This document shows, in pieces, positions 56,237-64,000 of a DNA stretch of 64,000 bases. Within the stretch, counting starts at the first letter, position 1. Every line of letters begins with the position of its first letter. The DNA is taken from NCBI GenBank assembly GCA_044229975.1, contig JBGARZ010000006.1, positions 480,001 through 544,000 on the forward strand, in the 5' to 3' direction. The notes beneath the pieces were generated by a model. The model had not been told where the DNA came from and ran no database searches. It saw only the letters and a list, made by a program, of their open reading frames with translations. The stretch comes from Polyangiales bacterium. GTDB lineage: Bacteria > Myxococcota_A > Polyangia > Polyangiales > Ga0077539. A program made the position numbers and the translations under genes.

Positions 56237-56307
56237 TGCGGGCCTGACCGTTGCGCGCTGACGCCGCGGCGTGGGCCCCGGTGACTGCGGGCCTGACCGT
56301 TGCGCGC
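56237..56307. repeat. REP-like element, family A copy 2
   Basis: Core 56261-56299 matches 10874-10912; 22-bp direct repeat at 56237-56258 and 56286-56307. Confidence 0.75.
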
Positions 56308-56348
56308 CGCTCCGAGACCCGCGAGGGCGCTGCCCTCTCCCAGCGCCG

Positions 56349-58895
56349 TCAGCGGTTGAGCAGGTGCCAGCCTGCGAACGACATCAACGCAAACAACACC
56401 AGCGCGATGGCCACCCGCGCGAAGAGCGGCAGCCCCTGCGGCGGCTCGACGAACACCTGCGGCCGCACGCGGTGCTTCTCCAGCTCTTCTTCCGCCGCCT
56501 CGGTCGGCGGCGCGCTGACCGTCGGCAGCGTGAGCGGAAGGTTGGCGCGCCCCTGCGCCGGCGTCGGCGCACGGAGGTTGGAGATGGGACCGTCCTGCAT
56601 CGGGCGACCGCCCGCGGGCGTCGGCGCACGCAACGCCGACATCGCGCTCCCCTCGGTGCGCACCGACTCCGACGGAGGCGACGGAACGGGCCGCGACTCG
56701 ATCTCCAGCCCGTCGAACTCCTTCTCCGGCCCGCGACGGAGCAGCGTGGCCTTGTTGTCTCGCGACTGCGGGATGTCGAGCGCCGCCTCGTGGTCGTCGT
56801 CGAGCTCTGCGGGCGCGGTGGAGAGCAGCGCCTCCATCTGGTCGAAGTTCTGCGGCACGGCCGAGCGCATGCCGGGAGGCGTCGGCGCGCGCAGCCCGAT
56901 GGGGGCACCACGCGTCGTCCCGGCCGGCGTCTGGGCGCGCATCGCGCTCGACGGCGCCGGGTCTTCCAACGACCGCTGAAACTCCTTCGGAACCCGCAAC
57001 CCCGCCAGCGTCTGCGGCCGCGCCCGGGTGACCCGCTCGACCTCGAGCGCCATCGGCTCGGCCGTCGACCGCGTCTGGAGCTGCGCCTGCACCTCGGCCT
57101 GCTGTGCCTTCGCTTGCGCCAATGCCTGGGCCTGCGCTTGTTGCGCCTGGGTCTGCGGCTGCGGTCGCGCGCGCGACACCGACGAGTCCTCCGTCGCGGC
57201 GATGCGCGACGGCGCTGCGAACTGCGGCGCCGCGTTGCCCGAAGCGGGCGTCGGAGCGCGCGTATGGGGCAATCCCCCGCCGGCCATGGTCGAGAAGCGG
57301 GTGCCCTTGCGCGGCGCCTCGGAGCGCGGCTCGGCGCGTGATTCCGCGCGCGACTCGGTGGCCGAGACGGCCGGCTTCTGGATGGCCTTGTGCTTCGCGA
57401 CGGAGGTCGCCGCCTCCAGGTCGGGCAGGTCGGGCAGGCGCAGCATCGAGTCCGACCGCGGCAGCTCGGGGACGTCGGCGAACTCCGCGGTCGAGGCCGT
57501 GGCCGCCGCCGTCGCGCGCACCGGGCCGCCCGCGTGCGGCACCTGCTTCACCATCGTGGGCTGATCGCTCAGCTCATGGTCGGACGATCGCCCCTGCGCT
57601 CCGCGACCCTTCGGCGCCGGGGTGGGCGCGCGCATCGGGTTGGGCGGGCGCGACGGGCGGCTGTTGGGCGCGATGAGCGGATTGAACCCCGAGGCCGCCT
57701 GGAGTTCGAGGCTGGGCGGCGGCGTCGGGGCGCGCAGCTCCAAGGCGCCGATGGAGTCCTTGCGGTGCCGGGTGGAGCCCGTCGCCGTGGTGGCCGCGGA
57801 GAGCAGCGGCTTCACCGACGAGTCGACGCGACCGAGCACCGAGTTGGGGTCGGGCGTGGAGGTGCGCGCTCGGCCGAGGTCGACCTCGGAGTTGCGCGAC
57901 GAGGCCTGGCGCACGGCGTCGCGCTCGCGGCCGATCTTCTCGGACACCACCGCCGACATGAACTGCCCCACCTGCCGCTGCGTGGCGATGTCCGCGCGGA
58001 AGTTGGCCTCGATGGCGTCGGCGAACTCCCCGGCGCTGGCGTAGCGATCGGCCGGGTCGTACGCGAGCGCCTTCTCGCAGAGCCCGTCGAGCTGCTCGGG
58101 GATCTGGTCGGTGAACATCAGCAGCGACCGGTACGGCGCCTTGAGCGACTCGTGGATGAGGTCGGGCCGCGCGCGCGCCGGGAAGCACCGCCGCAGCGCG
58201 AGCGTCTCCCAGAGCGTCACGCCCATCGAGAACACGTCCGCGCGCCGGTCGACCACGCCGCCTTCGAGCTGCTCGGGGGCCATGAACGGCGCCTTGCCCT
58301 TGAGCATGCCCACAGAGGTCAACGACAACCGCCGCTCGGCGCGCGCGATGCCGAAGTCCACGAGGCGGGCGGCGCCGTCGGAGCCGACGAGGATGTTCTG
58401 CGGGGAGACGTCGCGGTGGATGAGCTGCAGCCACTCGCCGTCGGGGCCGCGGAGGTTGTGCGCGGCGTCGAGTCCGATGAGCGCGTCGAGCACGATGCGC
58501 AGCGAGATGCCCAGCGGGATGGTGCGCTGGAGCCCGATGGCCGTGCGCTGGATGGCCGCGAGGGTGTCGCCCTCGATGTAGTCCATCACCATGTACAGCT
58601 GGTCGCTGTCGTTGCCGAGGTCGAGAATGGAGACGACGTTGGGGTGGTGGATGCGCGCCGCGAGCCTCGCCTCGTCGAGGAACATCTGCACGAACTCCTC
58701 GTCCGCCGCGATGTTGCGGTGCATGACCTTCACGGCCACGAGGCGCTCGAAGCCGCCGCTGCCCATCTTCCGCGCGAGGTAGACGTAGGCCATCCCCCCC
58801 TTGCCGAGGGCGGTGAGCAGCTCGTACTGCCCGACCCGCGTCGTCGCCCCCGACGGCAGGAAGCTGTCCCGCGAGGCGCTGGTAGGGTCGTTCAT
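56349..58895 (-). CDS. Ser/Thr protein kinase, tail-anchored, with repeated RAPTP motifs
   Basis: GKGGMAYVY, VAVK, HRDVSPQN, DFGIA, GKAPFMAPE; C-terminal TM helix. Confidence 0.93.
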   Translation of the reverse strand: MNDPTSASRDSFLPSGATTRVGQYELLTALGKGGMAYVYLARKMGSGGFERLVAVKVMHRNIAADEEFVQMFLDEARLAARIHHPNVVSILDLGNDSDQLYMVMDYIEGDTLAAIQRTAIGLQRTIPLGISLRIVLDALIGLDAAHNLRGPDGEWLQLIHRDVSPQNILVGSDGAARLVDFGIARAERRLSLTSVGMLKGKAPFMAPEQLEGGVVDRRADVFSMGVTLWETLALRRCFPARARPDLIHESLKAPYRSLLMFTDQIPEQLDGLCEKALAYDPADRYASAGEFADAIEANFRADIATQRQVGQFMSAVVSEKIGRERDAVRQASSRNSEVDLGRARTSTPDPNSVLGRVDSSVKPLLSAATTATGSTRHRKDSIGALELRAPTPPPSLELQAASGFNPLIAPNSRPSRPPNPMRAPTPAPKGRGAQGRSSDHELSDQPTMVKQVPHAGGPVRATAAATASTAEFADVPELPRSDSMLRLPDLPDLEAATSVAKHKAIQKPAVSATESRAESRAEPRSEAPRKGTRFSTMAGGGLPHTRAPTPASGNAAPQFAAPSRIAATEDSSVSRARPQPQTQAQQAQAQALAQAKAQQAEVQAQLQTRSTAEPMALEVERVTRARPQTLAGLRVPKEFQRSLEDPAPSSAMRAQTPAGTTRGAPIGLRAPTPPGMRSAVPQNFDQMEALLSTAPAELDDDHEAALDIPQSRDNKATLLRRGPEKEFDGLEIESRPVPSPPSESVRTEGSAMSALRAPTPAGGRPMQDGPISNLRAPTPAQGRANLPLTLPTVSAPPTEAAEEELEKHRVRPQVFVEPPQGLPLFARVAIALVLFALMSFAGWHLLNR

Positions 58896-58998
58896 GGAGT
58901 TACCCTGTGGTCTCTCCGACGCCGACCTTCGTACACGCGGACCCGGCCTTCCATTGCCCGTGAAAAATGTCCCACCGCGCCGGAAAACTCAATCCCCT

Positions 58999-59490
58999 TC
59001 ACGGCGCGTCGAGCACCCGCACCGTCAGCACCGGAACCCTCGACTGCCGCAGCACCCGCTCGGCCACGCTCCCCATCACCAGGTGCGCCAGCCCCGAGCG
59101 CCCGTGCGTCCCCATCACGATCACGTCGGCCCCGTGCTCGGTCGTCGCCGCGAGAATCGTCGCCACCACCGGCCCCAGCTTGAACACCAGCTCGACCGCG
59201 ACATCCCGCGCGTGGGCCAGCGCCCGGTCTTGCTCCATCCACGCGAGCGTCTGCTCTCGGTGGAAATCCTCCAACCGCATCGGGGCGCCGCCACCCTCGG
59301 CGTGCACCCTCGTGTCCGGCGTGAGGCCCGGCAGCAGCTCGGCGACGTGCAGCACCACCACCCGCGCGTCGTGAACCTTCGCGAGGTCAGCCGCCAGGGC
59401 CAGCGCCGCCCGCGACCCCGCGGAAAAGTCCGTCGGCACCAGCATGGTCTTCCACGGAACGCGATGGGCAGGGACGGTGGCTTCGGTCAT
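58999..59490 (-). CDS. Universal stress protein
   Basis: LVPTDFS..S..AL; ADVIVMGTHGRSGLAHLVMGSVAERVLR..PVL. Confidence 0.93.
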   Translation of the reverse strand: MTEATVPAHRVPWKTMLVPTDFSAGSRAALALAADLAKVHDARVVVLHVAELLPGLTPDTRVHAEGGGAPMRLEDFHREQTLAWMEQDRALAHARDVAVELVFKLGPVVATILAATTEHGADVIVMGTHGRSGLAHLVMGSVAERVLRQSRVPVLTVRVLDAP

Positions 59491-59584
59491 TGTCGGCTCC
59501 TCCAGACAAGCGGTACAGCCGAGTACTCTGCCCGTTGCGCGAGCGGACGTCACGTTATGAGGGCGGTTGTGTAGAGTCTCCGCC

Positions 59585-60478
59585 GTGATCGACTACGAAC
59601 CCCACCGCTGGCGCGACCATTTCTTCGACGCCCGGGGCTCCATGGCCCGGGCCATCGGCTTCCGCGCGCTGGTGTGCGCCGGCTCCGCCGCCTTCGTCAC
59701 GCTCGTGCACTACCGCTGGCACGAGTTCGAGTCGACGGAGAAGGTGCACGCCCTCATCGGCACCTCCCTCAGCCTCCTGCTGGTGTTTCGCACCAACGCC
59801 TCGTACGACCGCTTCTGGGAGGCCCGCAAGCTCTGGGGCTCCATCGTCAACGAGTCGCGCAACCTCGCCCGCTCGTCGTCGGTGCTCTTCGCCGCCGACC
59901 CCGCCCTCGTCGCCCGCATCATCCGCCTGGGCATCGCGTTTCCGTACGCCTGCATGAGCGCCCTGCGCGGCAAGCGCGGCCTCGGCCCCATCGCCGCCGA
60001 GCTCGACCCCGCCGACGCCGCGCTCTGCGACGCCCAGCACGCGCCGCTCGCCATCGCCACGGCCATCTCGCGCAACATCGCCGAGGGCCAGCGTCGCGGG
60101 CTCATCACCGACGTCCAGCAGAACATCATCGACCAGAACTCCCAGATCCTCATCGACTGCATCGGCGCCTGCGAGCGCATCAAGCGCACGCCGCTGCCCT
60201 TCGCGTACGTCGTCCACCTGCGCCGCGCGCTCTCGGTCTACTGCGGCACCCTGCCGATGGCCCTCGTCGAGAGCTTCGGCTGGCTCACGGTTCCGGTGAC
60301 CTTCCTCGTGGCGTACATCCTCCTCGGCATCGAAGAGATCGGCGTGGAGATCGAGGAGCCCTTCGGCACCGACGACAACGACCTCCCCCTCGACCGCTTC
60401 TGCACCACCATCGAACAAAACCTTCGCGCGATGATCCCCGGCGCGCCGACGTGCGACGCCCCTGAGGTGACCCCATGA
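59585..60478 (+). CDS. Bestrophin family ion channel (YneE-like)
   Basis: FRTNASYDRFWEARKLWG, CERIKRTPLPFAY, IEEIGVEIEEPFG.D.NDLP. Confidence 0.92.
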   Translation: MIDYEPHRWRDHFFDARGSMARAIGFRALVCAGSAAFVTLVHYRWHEFESTEKVHALIGTSLSLLLVFRTNASYDRFWEARKLWGSIVNESRNLARSSSVLFAADPALVARIIRLGIAFPYACMSALRGKRGLGPIAAELDPADAALCDAQHAPLAIATAISRNIAEGQRRGLITDVQQNIIDQNSQILIDCIGACERIKRTPLPFAYVVHLRRALSVYCGTLPMALVESFGWLTVPVTFLVAYILLGIEEIGVEIEEPFGTDDNDLPLDRFCTTIEQNLRAMIPGAPTCDAPEVTP

Positions 60479-61110
60479 CCGACTCCCTCCTCGACGGCCA
60501 CGGCCTCTTCCAGAAGCGCTACTTCCACGAGCGCGAGTACCTCCGCAAGCTGGCCCGCGACGGCCAGCGCCCGAGCGCCCTCTTCATCGGCTGCTCGGAC
60601 TCCCGCGTGGTGCCCGAGTACCTCACCAACGCGGGCTTCGGTGAGTTGTTCGTGCTGCGCAACATCGCCAACTTCGTCCCGACGCTCGACCACACCGACG
60701 CCAGCGTCGGCGCCGCCGTGGACTACGCGCTCGGCCACCTCGAAGTGCCCGACATCATCGTGTGCGGGCACTACGGCTGCGGCGGCGTGAAGGCCGCGCT
60801 CGGCGACCTCTCGCCGCTCAAGGCGAAGGAGCCATCGCTCCACGAGTGGCTGGAAGGCGTCGCTCCGGCCGCGCGCCGCGGCCTCGTGGAGGGCGCCGAC
60901 GAGGAGGCCGTCTGGCGCCGCGGCGTCGACGAAAACGTCATCCAGGCGCTGGAGAACCTCATCACCTACGACGTGGTACGCGAGAAGCTGGAGGCCGGCA
61001 CGGTGCACCTCCACGGGTGGATCTACGACCTCTACCAGACGCGCATCCAGGTGCTCGACGCCGAGTCGGGGCGCTTCGTCGACGCCAACGAAATCCAGCG
61101 CGGTGGCTGA
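60475..61110 (+). CDS. Beta-class carbonic anhydrase
   Basis: GQRP..LFIGCSDSRV, GELFVLRNIAN, CGHYGCGG, HGWIYD. Confidence 0.95.
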   Translation: MTDSLLDGHGLFQKRYFHEREYLRKLARDGQRPSALFIGCSDSRVVPEYLTNAGFGELFVLRNIANFVPTLDHTDASVGAAVDYALGHLEVPDIIVCGHYGCGGVKAALGDLSPLKAKEPSLHEWLEGVAPAARRGLVEGADEEAVWRRGVDENVIQALENLITYDVVREKLEAGTVHLHGWIYDLYQTRIQVLDAESGRFVDANEIQRGG

Positions 61111-61624
61111 ACCCTTCGACACCTTCGCGCCGGGCGACGGCGGTCGCTACCGCGAGCTCGCGCGACGCTGGGCGGCCAGCGTCACCGTGGTCACCGTGCG
61201 CCCGGACGACCCCGCGCGGCCCGATGACGGCTTCACGGCGACGGCGTTTCTGACCGTGTCCATGGAGCCGCCCATCGTGCTGGTGTCGGCGTCCAACGCG
61301 TCGAGCGCCGCCTCGATGCTGCGCGGCGCCCGGGCCTTCGCGGTCAACCTCCTGGCCTTCGATCAGCGCCCGCTCGCCGACGCCTTCGCGCTCCCCCACG
61401 AGCACCGCGTCTTCGCCTGGAACGACCTCCCCCTCGCGCGCGACCACGCCGGCGTGGCGCTGCTCGCCGGCTCGCTCGGGGCGTTTTCCGCGACGGTGCG
61501 ATCGCTCGTCGACGCGGGCGACCACACGCTGGTTCTGGGTGACGTGACGGCGCTGCACCTCGGCGCCGACGGCGAACCGCTCGTCTACCACGACCGCGCC
61601 TACGGCTCCGTCGAGTCGGGCTGA
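61103..61624 (+). CDS. Flavin reductase family protein
   Basis: VTVVT...GFTATAF..VSMEPP, FAVNLL, AGDHTLVLG.V, PLVY. Confidence 0.9.
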   Translation: MAEPFDTFAPGDGGRYRELARRWAASVTVVTVRPDDPARPDDGFTATAFLTVSMEPPIVLVSASNASSAASMLRGARAFAVNLLAFDQRPLADAFALPHEHRVFAWNDLPLARDHAGVALLAGSLGAFSATVRSLVDAGDHTLVLGDVTALHLGADGEPLVYHDRAYGSVESG

Positions 61625-61645
61625 AGGCCCGCGACTACCTCATCG

Positions 61646-61796
61646 CAGGAGTTCTGACGGGTTGAAAGCCGCAAGGGCGCAAGGGTCGCAAGGACGAGAT
61701 GAGATGAGGTGTTGGTGAGGTGTTGGTGAGGCGCTCTGTTCGTTCCTCCCTTGCGACCCTGGCGCCCTTGCGGCTTTCAATCCGTCAGAATTCCTG
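61646..61796. repeat. Inverted-repeat element, family B copy 2
   Basis: 48-bp arms 61646-61693 / 61749-61796 with 3 mismatches; core GCCGCAAGGxCGCxAGGGTCGCAAGG shared with the 33278 element. Confidence 0.9.
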
Positions 61797-61806
61797 TGGA
61801 GAGGCG

Positions 61807-63285
61807 CTACGAGCGCTTCACCCCTCGCAGCCACCCATCTACCCGCTCGGCCGCGCGTCGCCCCTCGGCGATGGCCCACACCACCAGCGACGCCCCGCGC
61901 CGCATGTCGCCCGCCACGAACACCCCCGGCACCGTCGTCGCGTGGTCGTCCGCCAGCACGTTGCCGCGCGCGTCCATCGCCACGTCCAACTGACCCAGCA
62001 GCCCTTCGCGCGCCGATCCCACGAAGCCCATCGCCAGCAGCAGCAGGTCGCACGCAATCTCGTGCTCGCTGCCCGGGATCTCTCGCAACGACCCGTTCGT
62101 CACCTCGACCCGCACCACCTCCAGCGCCTCGACCCGCCCGTGCGCGTCACCACGCACCCGCTTCGTCATCACGCCGAAGTCCCGTTGCCCGCCCTCTTCG
62201 TGCGAGCTCGATGTGCGAAACACCATCGGCCACGCGGGCCACGCGTTGCCCGCCGCCCGCTCGTCCGGCGCGCGCGGCATCAGCTCCAATGACGTGACGC
62301 TCTTCGCACCCTGGCGCACCGACGTCCCGACGCAGTCCGACCCGGTGTCGCCGCCGCCCAGCACCACCACCCGCCGCCCCGTCGCCAGCACCGCCTCGCG
62401 GTCCGGAACCATGTCCCCCGCCACGCGCCGGTTCTGCTGCGTGAGAAACACCATCGCCGGCACCACGCCCTCCAGCCCGGCGCCCTCCACCGTGAGCCCG
62501 CGCGCCACCATCGCGCCGCCGCACAGCACCACTGCGTCGTGCGTCGCCCGTAGCGTCTCACCCGCCACGTCCTCACCCACCCTCACGCCCGTGCGAAACA
62601 CCACGCCCTCTTCGCGCATCTGCCGCACCCGCTCGTCCAGGCCCGCCTTCTCCAGCTTGAAGTCGGGGATCCCGTAGCGAAGCAATCCGCCCACCCGATC
62701 GTCGCGCTCGAAGACCGTCACCTCGTGACCGCGACGCGCCAGCTGCTGCGCGCACGCCAGGCCCGCCGGCCCCGAACCCACCACCGCCACGCGCCGCCCG
62801 CTGCGCACCGCCGACACCCGCGGCTCCAGCGCGCTGCCGTCCGCCATCGCGCGGTCGGCCACCTCGCGCTCCACCGACTTGATGGTCACCGCGCCCGGCT
62901 CGACGCGTCCGCCGTTGGCGTTCGGGATGCTCCCCAAGGCCAGAACGCAGCTCCCCTCGCACGGCGCCGGGCACACCCGCCCGGTCACTTCAGGGAAGTT
63001 GTTGGTCGAATGAAGCTCCGCCGACGCCTCCTCCCAGCGCCCGCGCATCACCAGATCATTGAAGTCGGGAATGAGATTGCCCAATGGACAACCGGTCTTC
63101 ACCTCCGGCGCCACACCCCCCATGCAAAACGGAACGCCACAATCCATGCACCGCGCCGCCTGCTCGCGCAGCCCCGCCTCGGGCGGTGCGAGTTCGAGCT
63201 CGCGCCAGTCGTGCACCCGCTCCGCCACCGGCCGCGACTCACCCTTGGCGCGACGAATCTCCAGAAACCCTCTCGGCTTTCCCAC
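61807..63285 (-). CDS. gltD: Glutamate synthase small subunit
   Basis: MGKPRGF, RCMDCGVPFC, GCPLGN, NNFPEVTGRVCPAPCE, GSGPAG, GGGDTGSDC, RRGASLVVWAIAEGR. Confidence 0.96.
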   Translation of the reverse strand: MGKPRGFLEIRRAKGESRPVAERVHDWRELELAPPEAGLREQAARCMDCGVPFCMGGVAPEVKTGCPLGNLIPDFNDLVMRGRWEEASAELHSTNNFPEVTGRVCPAPCEGSCVLALGSIPNANGGRVEPGAVTIKSVEREVADRAMADGSALEPRVSAVRSGRRVAVVGSGPAGLACAQQLARRGHEVTVFERDDRVGGLLRYGIPDFKLEKAGLDERVRQMREEGVVFRTGVRVGEDVAGETLRATHDAVVLCGGAMVARGLTVEGAGLEGVVPAMVFLTQQNRRVAGDMVPDREAVLATGRRVVVLGGGDTGSDCVGTSVRQGAKSVTSLELMPRAPDERAAGNAWPAWPMVFRTSSSHEEGGQRDFGVMTKRVRGDAHGRVEALEVVRVEVTNGSLREIPGSEHEIACDLLLLAMGFVGSAREGLLGQLDVAMDARGNVLADDHATTVPGVFVAGDMRRGASLVVWAIAEGRRAAERVDGWLRGVKRS

Positions 63286-64000
63286 TACGCCCTCGCCTCG
63301 ACCGCCGCCGCGCCTTCGGTCCGTGCCCGCTGCGCCGCCAGCGCCTTGCGCAGCTCTTCAGGCATCACCTTCACGAACAACGTCATCGACTCCGTCCAGC
63401 GTGCGAGCAGCGCCTTCGCCTTCGGGCTCCCGGTGCGCCGCGCGTGCTCCTCCACCAGTGCGTGCAGCGCCAGCGCGTCGTCAGCATCCGGCGCCTCGAT
63501 GGTCACCGTGTCCGTGTTGCACCGCGCCGCGAACACGCCCTCTTCATTGAACACGTACGCCACGCCGCCGCTCATCCCCGCGCCGAAGTTGCGGCCCGTC
63601 GAGCCGAGGACCACGACGGTTCCGCCCGTCATGTACTCGCAGCCGTGGTCGCCGACGCCCTCCACCACCGCCGCCGCGCCGCTGTTGCGAACCGCGAAGC
63701 GCTCGCCCGCACGACCGTTGAAAAACGCCTTCCCCTTCGTCGCGCCGTACAACACGGTGTTGCCGACGATGACCTGTTCCTCTGGAGGAAAGGTGCTCAC
63801 TTCGGGAGGGCGTATCGCCAGCACCGCGCCCGACAGTCCCTTGCCGACATAGTCGTTGGCGTCTCCCTTGAGCAGCAGCGTCAGCCCCGGCGCGCCAAAC
63901 GCACCAAACGACTGCCCCGCGCTCCCGTGCGCGCCGATGGTCAGCGTGTCGTCGGCGAGACCCGCCTCGCCGTGGCGCCGCGCGATCTCTCCCGACAACA
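63285..64000 (-). CDS. gltB: Glutamate synthase large subunit, C-terminal GXGXG domain (partial)
   Basis: [48 protein letters not shown]. Confidence 0.96.
   Translation of the reverse strand, partial: LSGEIARRHGEAGLADDTLTIGAHGSAGQSFGAFGAPGLTLLLKGDANDYVGKGLSGAVLAIRPPEVSTFPPEEQVIVGNTVLYGATKGKAFFNGRAGERFAVRNSGAAAVVEGVGDHGCEYMTGGTVVVLGSTGRNFGAGMSGGVAYVFNEEGVFAARCNTDTVTIEAPDADDALALHALVEEHARRTGSPKAKALLARWTESMTLFVKVMPEELRKALAAQRARTEGAAAVEARA

Overview
Very GC-rich bacterial DNA, most likely from a myxobacterium (Myxococcota, Polyangiales-like). The assignment is inferred from gene content: four Hanks-type Ser/Thr kinases, PEGA/TPR proteins, Cys-rich Asp-Val-Pro-repeat lipoproteins and AgmX/PglI-type domains. 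About 45 plausible CDS run from a truncated HrpB helicase at the left edge to gltD and a truncated gltB at the right edge. There is one intact IS66-family element (21408-22961, 8-bp TSD). It sits at the apex of a separate ~256-bp hairpin element with 100-bp arms. Two further families of intergenic palindromic elements occur, each as two copies and each between convergent genes. Notable neighbourhoods: (1) chorismate mutase head-to-head with a prephenate-dependent-type U32 hydroxylase; (2) DUF3604 / PpiC / HupE-UreJ; (3) a translationally coupled bestrophin, beta-carbonic anhydrase and flavin reductase; (4) an ECF sigma cluster with a duplicated candidate promoter; (5) modular surface lipoproteins with swapped C-terminal domains. 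I saw no rRNA, tRNA or CRISPR array. All family calls come from motif recognition by eye, not database searches.
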